Origin: an uncultured bacterium
GTDB lineage: Bacteria > Actinomycetota > Acidimicrobiia > Acidimicrobiales > VFJN01
Direction: 5' to 3'
Assembly (NCBI GenBank): GCA_963813485.1
Contig: CAWEZE010000011.1
Location: 96,178 to 160,177 of the forward strand
Length of the DNA: 64,000 nucleotides
Shown here: positions 1 through 10,318 of the stretch, in pieces
How the letters are laid out: each line of letters opens with the position of its first letter
Position numbering within the stretch: the first letter of the stretch is position 1
Notes under the pieces: generated by a model
The model's input: the letters and a program-made list of their open reading frames with translations, nothing else
The model's database searches: none
What the model was told of the DNA's origin: nothing
Program-made: the position numbers and the translations under genes

Positions 1-339
1 GCGTTGTGGGTGGCGAAGCAGAGGTGCGGCGCGCCCTTGCGGCACGCGCGGCATTGGCCGCACACCGCCCGCCAGTTGAGGACCACGAAGTCGCCCGGGG
101 CCACGTCGCTGACCCCGTCGCCGACGGCCTCGACCAGGCCGGCCGCCTCGTGGCCGAGGAGGAAGGGGAAGTCGTCGTTGATGCCGCCCTCGCGGTAATG
201 AAGGTCGGTGTGGCAGACGCCGCACGCCTGGACGGCGACCACCGCCTCGCCCGGCCCCGGGTCGGGGACGACCACGGTGGTCAGCTCGACCGGCTCGCCC
301 TTGTTCCGGGCGATCACCCCGCGTACCTCTTGTGCCATC
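1..339 (-). pseudogene. Zn-dependent alcohol dehydrogenase, class III / mycothiol-dependent formaldehyde dehydrogenase-like; N-terminal part only (runs off the window), with a 1-nt frameshift
   Basis: Reverse translation from the ATG at 339-337 gives [13 protein letters not shown]. After an apparent extra G/C in the run at about 297-301, the next frame reads [62 protein letters not shown]. These are the catalytic and structural Zn motifs of the ADH N-domain. It is absent from the ORF track because it is truncated and shifted. Confidence 0.75.
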
Positions 340-394
340 GCCAGCCCCTCGCTCGTGCCACTGATGTCGGCCAGTCTGGCCGATGGTGCACGGG

Positions 395-1987
395 TCAGCC
401 GTCGGGCAGGGATTGAACCTTGCGGCCGGGGAGCATCGCCCGGACGGCGTCGATGGTGTCCGCCTCGGCCGGCGACTTGTCGGCCCGGTAGCGCCGCACG
501 CGGGCGAACCGGAGCGCGACACCGCCGGCGTAGCGGGTCGAGGACTGGACCCCATCGAGTGCGATCTCGACCACCAGCTCGGGCCGGACGAACACCACGT
601 GGCCGCTCCGGTGGGTCTCCAGCTCGAGGAACCGCTCGGTCTGCCAGGTGAGCAGCTCGTCGGTGAGGCCCTTGAACGTCTTGCCCACCATCACGAACTC
701 GCCCGGGACCTCGGGGTCACGGGCACCGAGGTGCAGGTTGGAGAGCCAGCCCTGGCGCCGGCCGCTGCCCCACTCGACGGCCAGCACGACGAGGTCGAGC
801 GTGTGGACGGGCTTGACCTTCCGCCACGCCCCGCCGCGGCGCCCGGCCTCGTAGGCGGAGTCCGCATCCTTGACCATCACGCCCTCGTGCCCCGCCGTGA
901 GGGCCTCGTCGAGCACCCGCTGGGCCTCGGCGGGATCGGCAGTGATGATGCCCGGGATCCGCCACGGCCCGGCCAGGTTCTCCAGCGTCGTCAGCCGGTC
1001 CCGGAGCGGTCGATCGATCAGGTCGTCTCCGTCGAGGTGGAGGATGTCGAAGAACCTGGAGGCCAGGCCGGCGCCGGCACCGTCGGCCTGGCGGCCGAAC
1101 TGGCTCATGGTGTCCTGGAACATCTGCGGGAGCTCGTCCTCGCCCACGCCGATGGCCTCACCGTCGAGCAGGAAGCTCTCGGCCGGCAACGATCGCGCAA
1201 GCTCGACGATGCCGGGCAGTCGTGCAGTCACATCGTTCAGGTTGCGGGTGTAGATCCGGACCTCGTCCCCGACCCGGTGCACCTGGATGCGGGCGCCGTC
1301 GAGCTTCCACTCGACGGAGGCCTCGTGAGTCGAGCTTGCGTCGCCGCCCTCGCCTGCGGTCGCCAGCGCCAACGCCTCGGTCACGTCGGCGGCGGTCTGG
1401 GCGAGCATCGGCTGCACGGGGCGGAGCAGCGTCAGGCCGATGGCGTCGAGCCCGCCCTCGCCCTCGGTCAGTGCGATCGTGGCGACGCTGGGCAGATCCC
1501 CGGCCAACATCGCGGCGCGCCGCATCGTGGCCAGCGGTACCCCGGCTGCCTTGGCCAGCGCGTCGGTGACCAGGCCCTCCAGGGCGCCGTGGCGCAGTTC
1601 GCCCACGAGGAGCCGGCGGAGCAGGTCCTGCTCGGCCTCCGTGGCCCGGCCGAGCAACGACCGGAGCTCGGCCATCCGGGCCGCCTGGGAGCCGGTGCCA
1701 CGCAGGGAGTCGAGCCGGTCGAGCGTGGCGTCGATGTCGGCGACTTCGAGCTGGGGCGCAGGGGACGGTGGCACCTCGATCGCCGCGACGGTGCGCCAGC
1801 CGATGCCGATGCGGCCCTGTCGTGGGGCTCCGGTCAGGATGGCCGCCACGACCGGCACCTCGGCCCGGTCCAGGCGGGCGAACAACTCGGCGAGTGCCGC
1901 CACCTTGCGGGAGCGTGCCCGCGTGGCCGTGACCTCGGACGTCGTGGCTACGACATCGGCGAACCGCACACCGCCATCCTGGCGCAC
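395..1987 (-). CDS. ligB: ATP-dependent DNA ligase (LigB-type: DNA-binding domain + adenylation domain + OB fold)
   Basis: 530-aa ORF containing adenylation motif [13 protein letters not shown] (KxDG). Length and domain order fit three-domain ATP ligases. Confidence 0.9.
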   Translation of the reverse strand: MRQDGGVRFADVVATTSEVTATRARSRKVAALAELFARLDRAEVPVVAAILTGAPRQGRIGIGWRTVAAIEVPPSPAPQLEVADIDATLDRLDSLRGTGSQAARMAELRSLLGRATEAEQDLLRRLLVGELRHGALEGLVTDALAKAAGVPLATMRRAAMLAGDLPSVATIALTEGEGGLDAIGLTLLRPVQPMLAQTAADVTEALALATAGEGGDASSTHEASVEWKLDGARIQVHRVGDEVRIYTRNLNDVTARLPGIVELARSLPAESFLLDGEAIGVGEDELPQMFQDTMSQFGRQADGAGAGLASRFFDILHLDGDDLIDRPLRDRLTTLENLAGPWRIPGIITADPAEAQRVLDEALTAGHEGVMVKDADSAYEAGRRGGAWRKVKPVHTLDLVVLAVEWGSGRRQGWLSNLHLGARDPEVPGEFVMVGKTFKGLTDELLTWQTERFLELETHRSGHVVFVRPELVVEIALDGVQSSTRYAGGVALRFARVRRYRADKSPAEADTIDAVRAMLPGRKVQSLPDG

Positions 1988-2038
1988 GCCGAGGCCGCCG
2001 GACGCTCCAGCGGAGAGGCTGTGTGCGCGTGACGCCGG

Positions 2039-2179
2039 CTAAGGACCTGAGCGGATAGGGCGGTCCGCATGGCCTCATGCGTGGTCAGTGGTCCGGTGAC
2101 CGCCAGCTCGAAGAGCTCGCGCCGCGGCAGCGCTGACCACCGTGAGCCAGGACGGACTGCCTATCCGCTCGCTCCTTAG
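2039..2179. mobile_element. MITE-like element, copy 1 (141 bp, terminal inverted repeats, TA flanks)
   Basis: Left end is cTA-AGGACCTGAGCGGATAGG and right end is CCTATCCGCTCGCTCCT-TAg. The interior (cagcgctgaccaccgtga...) is shared with the copies at 17334, 31735 and 35925. It lies between the lgt 3' end and the region upstream of ligB. Confidence 0.8.
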
Positions 2180-3795
2180 TCGCAGCGTCCTCGTCGGCTG
2201 TTTCGGCGCCGGTCTCGGCGCCTGGTTCCGCATCCGTGGATTCGCTGGCGTCCGGGACCGTCGGTTGGGCGGCGGCCGGTTCGGCGCCGGTGGCCCCGTC
2301 GTATTCCGGGTTGGCGACCACTGGCTCGTCGCCCGTCGCCCCGTCGGCCTCCGGATCGTTTTCGCCCGGGTTCGTGGGTTGCTGCGACGCGTCGGCGGCG
2401 TCGGTGGACGTGTCGGCGCTGTCGGCCGACGCATCGGGAGGCTCGTCGGCGACGGCTTGCTCGGCGGCCGGTTCGGCGGCGGGCTCGGGCGGTCGGCGGC
2501 CGGTTCGGCAGAATCGGGCTCGTCGGCTGGCTCGGTGCTGGCTGCTCGTCCGCTGGCTGGGCGGCATCGGGCTCGTCGGCTGGCTTGGGGGTGTCGGCTT
2601 GCTCGGTGGGTTCGGCTGGCGCGGTGGTGTCGGCAGGCTCGCTGCTGCCGGGTGCATCGTCGGGCGGTTCGGCGGTGTCGGGTTGCTGGCCAGCGGCCGC
2701 TGTCTCGCTGGTGACCGACTTTTCGGTGCCTGCGTCGCCCTCGTCGGGCTGGTCTTCCGGCTCGGCAGCGTCGCTGGTGTCGGCTGTACCGGGGATGGCG
2801 GGCTCCTCGGCGGCGGGCTCCTCGGCGGCGGGTTCGGCGGCGGTGGGTTCGTCGGCGGTGGGTTCCTCGGCAGATTCGGCTGCCTCGGCGGCGGTGGGTT
2901 CGTCGGCCGCCGCGACGTCGGCTGTATCGGCGGTGGTGGTGTCGGCGGCGGCTTCGTCCGTGGCCGTGGCCGCCTCACTGGGCTCCCGCTCGGCCTCCCG
3001 GCGCCCCCGCCACGAATCGAAGACCAGCCAGCCAACTGCGGCGACGAAGGCGATGGCGCTCATCCAGATGTTCCAGCGCACGCCGAACAGCTGCGCCGCG
3101 GGGTCGATCCGCAGCGCCTCGACCCAGGCTCGTCCCACGGCGTAGCCCACGACGTAGAGCGCGAACAGGCGACCGGGGCGGCTATCGGGGTGGTGCCGTT
3201 CCCAGAGCACCAACCCACCCGCCAGCGCCAGGTTCCACAGAGCCTCGTAGAGGAACGTCGGATGGAACGTGGCCACCCCCAGGTAGCCCGCTGGCCGGTG
3301 CGCGGGGTCGATCTCCAGCCCCCAGGGCAGGTCGGTGGGCCGACCGAACAGTTCCTGGTTGAACCAGTTGCCCAGCCGCCCGATCGCCTGGGCGACCGGC
3401 AGCGCGGGAGCGACGACGTCGAGCAGCTGGGCCACGGGCAGGCCGCGACGATGCGCGATATAGGCGCCCGTCCCCACACCCGCGATCAGTCCGCCAGGGA
3501 TGCCGAGACCGCCCTCCCACACGGCGAACACATGGAGCCAGCGGCCCTCGAACCGGTCGAGGTCGGTGAGCACGTGGTAGAGCCGGGCCCCGATCAGCCC
3601 GGCGAGGACCGCCCACAGCGCGATCCGGCTGATGTCGTCGGGATCGCCGCCCCGTGCCGCCCATCGGCGGCGGGCGATCCACACCGCGGCGATGACACCG
3701 AGGGCGATGGCGAGGCCGTAGGCACGCAGCTCCAGCCCTCCGATTTTTATGGCGTTGTCGCTCGGACTGGGGATGGAGGCGAGGATCGGGAACAC
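2176..3795 (-). CDS. lgt: Prolipoprotein diacylglyceryl transferase with a long acidic Pro/Ala/Glu/Thr-rich C-terminal extension
   Basis: N-terminus reads FPILASIPSPS..GLELRAYGLAIALGV..GGLGIPGG..IGRLGNWFNQELFGRPT, a typical Lgt core. Candidate GTG starts at 3795 or 3804; the track start at 3909 adds an unlikely basic leader. The tail downstream of about 2520 changes frame (see findings). The stop codon lies in the MITE terminus. Confidence 0.85.
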   Translation of the reverse strand: MFPILASIPSPSDNAIKIGGLELRAYGLAIALGVIAAVWIARRRWAARGGDPDDISRIALWAVLAGLIGARLYHVLTDLDRFEGRWLHVFAVWEGGLGIPGGLIAGVGTGAYIAHRRGLPVAQLLDVVAPALPVAQAIGRLGNWFNQELFGRPTDLPWGLEIDPAHRPAGYLGVATFHPTFLYEALWNLALAGGLVLWERHHPDSRPGRLFALYVVGYAVGRAWVEALRIDPAAQLFGVRWNIWMSAIAFVAAVGWLVFDSWRGRREAEREPSEAATATDEAAADTTTADTADVAAADEPTAAEAAESAEEPTADEPTAAEPAAEEPAAEEPAIPGTADTSDAAEPEDQPDEGDAGTEKSVTSETAAAGQQPDTAEPPDDAPGSSEPADTTAPAEPTEQADTPKPADEPDAAQPADEQPAPSQPTSPILPNRPPTARARRRTGRRASRRRRASRCVGRQRRHVHRRRRRVAATHEPGRKRSGGRRGDGRRASGRQPGIRRGHRRRTGRRPTDGPGRQRIHGCGTRRRDRRRNSRRGRCD

Positions 3796-3824
3796 CGTAG
3801 GCACGGCCCGATGGTGTATCGCGT

Positions 3825-4718
3825 GTGATGGGGTCCGCGCCGCTCGCGGCGGGCCGGATGGATTGGGCCCCGTCCGACGACCCCGGTGAGCGGTTGGCAG
3901 CCCACACACGCCAGCGCCGAAACTCTGCCCCGGTGGACTTCGTGACGATGATGGCCCTCGAACCTCACGGCACGGACGTGTGGGTGGGCGCGGGACCCCG
4001 ATACCCGTGGGGCGGGCTGTTCGGCGGCCAGATCGTCGCCCAGGCGCTCCGGGCCGCGACCTTCACGGTCGACGCGCGCTACCCCGTTCATTCCCTGCAC
4101 GCCTACTTCATCCGATCCGGCGACCACACCGAACCGATCCGCTTCGAGGTCGACCGCGTGCGCAACGGCCGGTCCTTCTGCACGCGCCGGGTGACCGCGC
4201 GCCAGTCGGTGGGCGTGATCCTCAACCTGGCGGCGTCGTACCAGGCCGACGAACCCGGTCCGAAGGTGCAGACGGCAGCAATGCCGGAACTGGCCCCGCC
4301 CGGTGAGCTGAGCGATGACAGCTGGAGCGAGATCTTCGAGCGGCGGGTGGCGCCGCGGCAGCAGGGTGAGGTCCGGGCGTGGGCCCGGCTGGCCAAGCCG
4401 ATCGGTGACGATCCCGCACTACAGGCCTGCGCGCTCGCGTACATCTCCGACGACTTCCCGACGGAGGCCGTGGTTTCGCTCATGCCCGATTGGGACCGCG
4501 ATGCCCCGCCGGAACGGCAGTTCTTCTCGGCGAGCCTCGACCACGCCATCTGGTTCCACCGCGCGGTGGATGTCGACGGCTGGCACGTGCACGCCTCGAC
4601 CAGCCACGGTCTGATGAGCTCCCGCGGCGTGAGCGTCGGTCATGTGTTCACCGCGGACGGCGCCCACCTGGCGACGGTCAGCCAAGAGGTGCTGTTGCGC
4701 CCGGCACGCCCCGGCTGA
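3825..4718 (+). CDS. tesB: Acyl-CoA thioesterase II (double hotdog fold)
   Basis: 297-aa ORF with LEPHGTDVWVG..YPWGGLFGGQIVAQAL..VHSLHAYFIR.GD...PIRFEVDRVRNGRSF and a C-terminal SLDHAIWFH motif. Start is uncertain (3825 GTG up to about 3948). Confidence 0.85.
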   Translation: MMGSAPLAAGRMDWAPSDDPGERLAAHTRQRRNSAPVDFVTMMALEPHGTDVWVGAGPRYPWGGLFGGQIVAQALRAATFTVDARYPVHSLHAYFIRSGDHTEPIRFEVDRVRNGRSFCTRRVTARQSVGVILNLAASYQADEPGPKVQTAAMPELAPPGELSDDSWSEIFERRVAPRQQGEVRAWARLAKPIGDDPALQACALAYISDDFPTEAVVSLMPDWDRDAPPERQFFSASLDHAIWFHRAVDVDGWHVHASTSHGLMSSRGVSVGHVFTADGAHLATVSQEVLLRPARPG

Positions 4719-4746
4719 CGCGGGATCGTCCGCCCTGCGGTGGACG

Positions 4747-5256
4747 TCAGTCGCGTTTCTCGCTCACGCTGACCCCCTTCCCGGGCTTCCAGGTCTTCAC
4801 GTACATCACGTCGTCGGCCACTGAGACCGACGAGGCGCCCAGCAGGTCGATGTCGAACGCATCGAACGATCCGACCTCGAATCGGAAGCCCACCGACTCG
4901 AATATGTCATCGGAGAACCGCGCCAATGTGTCGTGATCGGTCACGGCGGTGGCGATGCCCCACAGCTTCACGTCGCCCTGGGTGACCTGCTTGTCGGCCG
5001 TGGCGGTGTGCAGGCTGCACCGGCCGTCGCGCTGGAGGTCGCGCGACTTGGTGGAGTCGACCATCATCCCGAGCCACAGCTTGCCGTCGTGCAGCACGAG
5101 CCGATCGCCGGCGAGGACCGGCTCCACGGGGCTGATCCGCGGGAACCCGTCGCGCCGCAAGGTCGCAAGCATCATCAGCCCCGTCGCCACCAATCGCCGC
5201 TCGGCCACCTCGGCGATCTCGGGTGCTTCCTGGGTGAACTCTGTCCACGTGGCCAT
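4747..5256 (-). CDS. Pyridoxamine 5'-phosphate oxidase family (PPOX/FMN- or F420-binding split barrel) protein
   Basis: 169-aa ORF with high third-position GC. The N-terminal pattern LATLRRDGFPRISPVEPV...DGKLWLGMM is typical of the PPOX-class split barrel. Confidence 0.65.
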   Translation of the reverse strand: MATWTEFTQEAPEIAEVAERRLVATGLMMLATLRRDGFPRISPVEPVLAGDRLVLHDGKLWLGMMVDSTKSRDLQRDGRCSLHTATADKQVTQGDVKLWGIATAVTDHDTLARFSDDIFESVGFRFEVGSFDAFDIDLLGASSVSVADDVMYVKTWKPGKGVSVSEKRD

Positions 5257-5312
5257 GGCTGGACCTTACGCAGGGGGTGTGACGGTCACGGTCTCGCGCC
5301 AGACTCGTCCGG

Positions 5313-6791
5313 GTGACCGATCACGCCGAGGAGCACGGCCAACAACGCCGCCCTATCCCCAGCGCATGGGACGCCGCGCTCGACGCCGCCGCGGACCATG
5401 CCAGGAACTACCTAGCGGGCTTGCCCGACCGGCCGGTTTCCGCGCAGGCCACGGTCGACGAGCTGCGCAAGGCGCTGGCGGTTCCCCTGCCCGACGAGCC
5501 CGTCGACCCAGCCAAGGTGGTGCACGAGCTGGCCGAAGGCGCCGAGCCCGGCCTCGTGGCCACCGGCTCGCCTCGATACTTCGGCTTCGTGATCGGCGGT
5601 GCCCTTCCGGCGGCCCTCGCCGCCGACTGGTTGGCCGCCACCTGGGATCAGAACGCCGGCCTCTACGCCTGCGGGCCGCCCGCGGCGGTGGTGGAAGAGG
5701 TCGCCGGGCGCTGGGTGCTCGACCTGTTGGGTCTACCGCCGTCGGCCTCGTTCGGCTTCGTCACCGGGGGCCAGATGGCCAACTTCACCGCTTTGGCCGC
5801 GGCCCGTCACGCCGTTCTCGCCCGGCGGGGCTGGGACGTCGAGGCGCGTGGACTGTCGGGGGCTCCGACGATCCGGGTGCTGACCAGCGACCTCCGGCAC
5901 GCCACCATCGACCGGGCGCTGCGGTACCTCGGCCTCGGAACTGACGCCGCCGTCGTCATCCCCACCGGGCCCGACGCTCGGCTGTCCGTCGATGCCCTTG
6001 CCGATGCGCTCGACGACCGCTCCGGTGGTGGTCCGACCCCCACCATCGTGTGCACGCAGGCGGGCGAAGTGAACACGGGTGCCATCGATCCGCTGGCCGA
6101 GATCTGCGAGGTCGCTCACGCCGCCGGCGCCTGGGTGCACGTGGACGGTGCGTTCGGGCTGTGGGCGGCTGCCAGCCCGTCGCTGCGGCCGACGCTGGCG
6201 GGCGTGGAACAGGCCGACTCCTGGGCCACCGACTTCCACAAATGGCTCAACGTGCCCTACGACTCCGGCTTCGTCGCCTGTGCGGACCCCGATGCGCATC
6301 GCGGGGCGATGGGCGTCCGCGCCGCCTACCTCGTGCATGCCGACGACGATCCCGCCGCCGCCCGTGACCAAGTCGACTGGAATCCCGAGTTCTCGCGGCG
6401 TGGGCGCGGGTTTGCCGTCTACGCGGCGCTCCAGTCGCTGGGTCGCACGGGGGTTGCCGAACTGGTGGAGGGCTGTTGTGCCCGCGCCCGCCAGTTCGCC
6501 GAGCGGCTGGGCCGGGTCGACCGGGCGGAGGTCCTCAACGACGTCGTCCTCGACCAGGTGCTCGTGCGGTTTCGTGCCGGCCCGGGAACCGGTGACGCCG
6601 ATCCTGCGGCGGACGACGCCGTCACCCGGCGGGTCGTCGAGGCGGTGCAGGCATCGGGCGAGTGCTGGATGAGCGGCACCACCTGGCGGGGCCACGCCGC
6701 GATGCGCATCTCCGTGGTCAACTGGCAGACGACGGAGGCAGACGTCGACCGCTCGGTGGCGGCCGTCGAGAGGGCGCTGACATCGGCCTGA
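5313..6791 (+). CDS. PLP-dependent (group II) amino-acid decarboxylase family protein
   Basis: 492-aa ORF with the PLP-lysine motif DFHKWLNVPYDSG and a fold-type I layout. GTG start at 5313. Confidence 0.8.
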   Translation: MTDHAEEHGQQRRPIPSAWDAALDAAADHARNYLAGLPDRPVSAQATVDELRKALAVPLPDEPVDPAKVVHELAEGAEPGLVATGSPRYFGFVIGGALPAALAADWLAATWDQNAGLYACGPPAAVVEEVAGRWVLDLLGLPPSASFGFVTGGQMANFTALAAARHAVLARRGWDVEARGLSGAPTIRVLTSDLRHATIDRALRYLGLGTDAAVVIPTGPDARLSVDALADALDDRSGGGPTPTIVCTQAGEVNTGAIDPLAEICEVAHAAGAWVHVDGAFGLWAAASPSLRPTLAGVEQADSWATDFHKWLNVPYDSGFVACADPDAHRGAMGVRAAYLVHADDDPAAARDQVDWNPEFSRRGRGFAVYAALQSLGRTGVAELVEGCCARARQFAERLGRVDRAEVLNDVVLDQVLVRFRAGPGTGDADPAADDAVTRRVVEAVQASGECWMSGTTWRGHAAMRISVVNWQTTEADVDRSVAAVERALTSA

Positions 6792-6850
6792 GGTCGGGCG
6801 CGGCTCGCGCCAGGGGGTGGGCGGGCCCGGACCCGTCCTAGAGTTTCGGC

Positions 6851-8149
6851 ATGAGCGCAACGGCCCCCGACGTCGATTCGATCGACCTGTCCGACCTGGA
6901 CTGGTGGACCCGCCCCCTGGACGAGCGCGAGGCCGCGTTCGCGGCGCTGCGGGCCGAACGGCCCCTGGCCCCGATGAAGCTGGAGGCGCTGCCACACCTG
7001 GGCTTCCCCGAAACGCCCTACTGGTCGATCACCCGCTACGCCGACATCGTGGAGGCCAGCAGGCATCCCGAGCTGTTCTGCTCCGGTCAGGGCACCAACA
7101 TCGCCGACCTCCCGCAGGAGTTCCTCGAGTTCTTCGGTTCGATGATCAACATGGACGACCCCCGCCACGCCCGGCTGCGCCGCATCGTGTCCCGGGGCTT
7201 CACGCCCCGACAGCTCGAGACGATGCGTGCTGATGTCGAAGGCGTGGCCGCCGGCATCGTCGACGAGATCATCGAGCAGGGCGAGTGCGACTTCGTGACC
7301 GAGGTCGCGGCCCGGCTCCCCCTGCGGATCATCGTCGACATGATGGGCATCCCCCGCAGCCAGGAGCAGTTCATCTTCGACCGCACCAACATCATCCTCG
7401 GCTTCAGCGACCCGGAGTATGTCGACAACGTCGACGATCCGCCGGCCGTGACCGCGGCCATCCTCACCGCTGGCACCGAGCTGGCGCAGATGGTGCAGGA
7501 GATGGGCGAGGCCCGGCAGCACGACCCGCGCAACGACCTCGTCACGGCGCTGGTCACCAGCGAGCTCGACGGCGAGCACCTGACGCCCCAGGAGCTGGCG
7601 TCGTTCTTCATCCTGCTGGTGGTCGCCGGCAACGAGACCACCCGCAACGCCATCGCCCACGGCCTGTGGACGGTGTCCGAGCACCCGGAGCAGAGGGCGC
7701 GCTGGTTGGCGGACATCGACGGCATGACCGGCACGGCCGTCGAGGAGATCGTCCGCTGGGCGTCTCCGGTCATCCACTTCCGGCGGACCGTTACCACGGA
7801 TGGGGCTCGGCTGGGCGAGCACGAGTTCTCCGAGGGTGAGAAGGTCGTGCTCTGGTACTGGTCGGGCAACCGGGACGAGGCGGTGTTCGACGATCCGCAC
7901 ACGTTCGACGTCGGCCGGACGCCCAACGATCACATCGGATTCGGCGGTCCGGGACCCCACTTCTGCCTCGGAGCTCATCTGGCGCGACGCGAGATCTCGG
8001 TGATGTTCCGTGAGCTGCTGCGCCGGATGCCGGACATCCATGCGGTCGGGGAGCCGGCCCGGCTGCGCTCGGGCTTCATCAACGGGATCAAGCACCTTCA
8101 CTGCGAATGGACCCCGAAACCGCAGGTCAGTGGTAGTGGCAGTGTCTAG
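6851..8149 (+). CDS. Cytochrome P450
   Basis: 432-aa ORF with the heme-thiolate loop FGGPGPHFCLGAHLAR, ExxR (EEIVRWASP) and I-helix VVAGNETT. The N-terminal region resembles sterol/fatty-acid omega-hydroxylase P450s of actinobacteria (CYP124/125/142-like). That resemblance is inference only. Confidence 0.9.
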   Translation: MSATAPDVDSIDLSDLDWWTRPLDEREAAFAALRAERPLAPMKLEALPHLGFPETPYWSITRYADIVEASRHPELFCSGQGTNIADLPQEFLEFFGSMINMDDPRHARLRRIVSRGFTPRQLETMRADVEGVAAGIVDEIIEQGECDFVTEVAARLPLRIIVDMMGIPRSQEQFIFDRTNIILGFSDPEYVDNVDDPPAVTAAILTAGTELAQMVQEMGEARQHDPRNDLVTALVTSELDGEHLTPQELASFFILLVVAGNETTRNAIAHGLWTVSEHPEQRARWLADIDGMTGTAVEEIVRWASPVIHFRRTVTTDGARLGEHEFSEGEKVVLWYWSGNRDEAVFDDPHTFDVGRTPNDHIGFGGPGPHFCLGAHLARREISVMFRELLRRMPDIHAVGEPARLRSGFINGIKHLHCEWTPKPQVSGSGSV

Positions 8150-8347
8150 TTTGTCGACGCCGGTGACACCGCCGTGACGCAAGGTGGTGTCCCGAGCGAA
8201 CGCCGCTTGCACCACCGACCGGGCACGCTCGTGGTCCGCTGGCAACAGGTGGGCGTACGTGTTCAGCAGCTCGTCCGGGCTATGCCCCAGGTACTCGGCA
8301 GCCCGTGCCGGGTCACGCCACCGCGGATAGCCTGTGTTGGATGGCGA
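8150..8347 (-). pseudogene. Tyrosine recombinase (phage-type integrase), C-terminal remnant
   Basis: The reverse frame after the stop at 8350-8348 reads ..RWRDPARAAEYLGHSPDELLNTYAHLLPADHERARSVV. This is the LGHS...Y(A/S)H box II with the catalytic Tyr. There is no upstream catalytic domain and no proper stop; the frame runs on antisense to the P450. Confidence 0.55.
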
Positions 8348-8899
8348 TCACTTGTCGATCGTCGCCATCGCAACCTCCTCGGCGGCCGCCGTCGTGCGGC
8401 CCCTCGTGCGTAGCCGGCCCAGATCCCCCGGGCGCTGGCGGAGCCCGTGGACACGTCGAGGTCGGCGACCTCGAGGACCAACGCCCACAAACCCGAGGCC
8501 CACACGTTGACCGGGCGAGTGCCGAGACCCACCCCCGGGGGGTGTTGTGTTTAGGAGCCTGACCGGGATGGCGACATGTTTGCGCTGGTCAGAGTGTATC
8601 TGACGGGTGTGCCCGGGCGGGACCTTCCGGGTGACCGACGTCACGGGGCGGGGCGAATGGGCGCCGCGCCGAGGACCGGCGTGTGGAAGATGACCAGGTG
8701 CCGCACCGGCCGTTCGCCATGGCCCTTGGTGGCCCCGTGCGCGTAGCCACCGGCGCTGGGGTCGACGTCCGCGCCGGGCCGGCGTTGAAGATCGTCGGGG
8801 GTGAGTGGGGCCATGTGTTGGATGGTGAGCCGCGCCGGCGTGGGCGTCTACGTCAAGCGACACACGGTCGGCGAGCTGCTTGCTGAGTGTCGAGGCGCT

Positions 8900-9557
8900 T
8901 GGAGACGGCTTTGACATATCCTGGCACGTGGTCGCCAGGTACGCGTTTAAGAACCGTGGCCTCGGGCACCGGTGTACTTCTCGCGGCCTACCCGGCCGAC
9001 GGCGGGCAGCCTCGGACGCCGAGTGGATGCCTGGCAGGCGTGTCGAAGGCACGCGGGAGCTCCTGCGAGTGCGTCGTCGGACCGAGAGATCCTGGGCAGC
9101 CTTCAACACGTCGCTGGGAACCGAGTCGGCGGAAGGTTGGTCGGGGCCTCGATCGAGCCGGTGCTCATGTGCTCCTCGTGGATCGCCGCCAAGCTCTTGG
9201 GTGGAATCGGTCGGCGACATCGAGCCAGCGATGGCCAGAGCCGGCGAGTGGACGAAAGTCACTTGCCGTCCACCGCCGCATCCTGACGATGTCGGGCGAT
9301 TCGGCGAGGGAGTTCAGCGCGTCGAAGATGGCATGACTCGAGGGATGGCCCCACCAGCTTCCGCGGATCGGTTCGCCAGCAACTATCTCGGCGACGCTCG
9401 GCAGCGGTCCACGAGCGGAGTCCAGGAGCACCCGTGTTCGACCAGAGTCCGCGAGCAACCCGTTCCCCGGTTGCGTCCCGGACGGGTGCCGCACACGGCT
9501 TGCCCGGAGCCACGGCTGAGACGACTGGCGACGAGCTGCCGGGATAGCCTCCGACAC
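8900..9557 (-). pseudogene. Conserved hypothetical protein, multiply frameshifted
   Basis: The track ORF at 9165-9557 encodes ..GPLPSVAEIVAGEPIRGSWWGHPSSHAIFDALNSLAESPDIVRMR. Coding-like text then hops between all three frames over about 9150-9260: VTFVH / RRLWPSLA / LDVADRFHP / KSLAAIHEEHMSTGS / VPSDVLKAAQDL. Confidence 0.45.
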
Positions 9558-9607
9558 GCTTATATGGACGATTGGCTGCGTTCAACCTGATGACATCGAT
9601 GGCCGTG

Positions 9608-10234
9608 CTACCGAGGGGCAGCCCGATGGGCCCAGACTGCGAAGAGGGGGTCGCCACGATGATGGCTCCGCGTACGCCGCTCGAGCATCGGCTCGTGCCA
9701 TCCCCCTGAAGCCCGGAAGTAGGTGGCCACGATCTCGGCGCGTCCTTCTTCGGAGGCGGCCATCCAGCCGCGAATCGCCTTGGTCGGGAACAGGCGGTTC
9801 GAGAACGTGCACACGAACCTCCCGCCGGGCCGGAGCACCCGCTGCACTTCGCTGAACACTTCGACTGGGCGCAGGAGGTAGTCGACCGACACGCAGCACA
9901 CGACTGCATCGAAGGCCTCGTCGTCGAAGGGCATGACCGGGTTGGCGTTGAGGTCGTGCACGATCGTGGCAGTGGCACTCGGGTTGGCGGCCAGCTCCTC
10001 CTCGTTCATCCCCAGGACCGTGAGGTGGGCCGGAGCCACCCGGAAGTGCGACACCCAGGACCCCATGAGATCGAGGACGTCACCGCGGATTCCCAGTTCC
10101 TCGTAGAGGGCACCAACCGCGGCGATGGCGTCGTCGTCGATGTGCGCCACGAGCCGGGGAACCGAATAGAAGTGAGCGTCAGGCCCGCCGTCGACACGGT
10201 CGAAGAAGCCCGGCGGGAACGGCTCGATGCCCAT
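9608..10234 (-). CDS. Class I SAM-dependent methyltransferase
   Basis: 208-aa ORF with VLDLMGSWVSH (motif I-like), FDAVVCCVSVDYL and VLRPGGRFVCTFSN (Methyltransf_11-type). Confidence 0.8.
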   Translation of the reverse strand: MGIEPFPPGFFDRVDGGPDAHFYSVPRLVAHIDDDAIAAVGALYEELGIRGDVLDLMGSWVSHFRVAPAHLTVLGMNEEELAANPSATATIVHDLNANPVMPFDDEAFDAVVCCVSVDYLLRPVEVFSEVQRVLRPGGRFVCTFSNRLFPTKAIRGWMAASEEGRAEIVATYFRASGGWHEPMLERRTRSHHRGDPLFAVWAHRAAPR

Positions 10235-10318
10235 CGCTAGGCGAGACTAGGTGAGGGCCGGTAGGGCATCGTTCCGGCGTTTGACGGCACCTCAGACACG
10301 CACCACTAGCGTCTCGCT

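Noticed and set aside
383-2032. 549-aa plus-strand ORF covering the ligase locus
   Set aside because: It is antisense to the ligase and Arg/Gly/Pro-rich with no motifs. This is the typical shadow ORF of a 70% GC gene.
2400-2420. CGACGCGTCG palindrome and other short GC palindromes inside coding low-complexity regions
   Set aside because: These are expected by chance at this GC content and have no positional pattern.
6792-6850. Looked for KstR/KstR2-type boxes or the CTGACG dyad upstream of the P450, the 304-aa SDR (30509-30612) and the AidB-like gene
   Set aside because: None found.
6419-8245. 608-aa minus-strand ORF across the P450 gene
   Set aside because: It is antisense to a P450 with clear heme-binding motifs. 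Only its first 30 or so codons (8150-8245) are meaningful, as the tail of the integrase remnant.
8350-8530. Possible further integrase fragments (LEVADLDVSTG.., ..RTRGRTTAAAEEV..)
   Set aside because: The resemblance to box I and the beta-hairpin is weak and the spacing to box II is far too short. This risks over-interpretation.
8348-9262. 304-aa minus-strand ORF
   Set aside because: Mostly Arg/Pro-rich text. Only short stretches (VTFVH, VPSDVLKAAQDL) look coding, and they belong to the multi-frame pseudogene described above.
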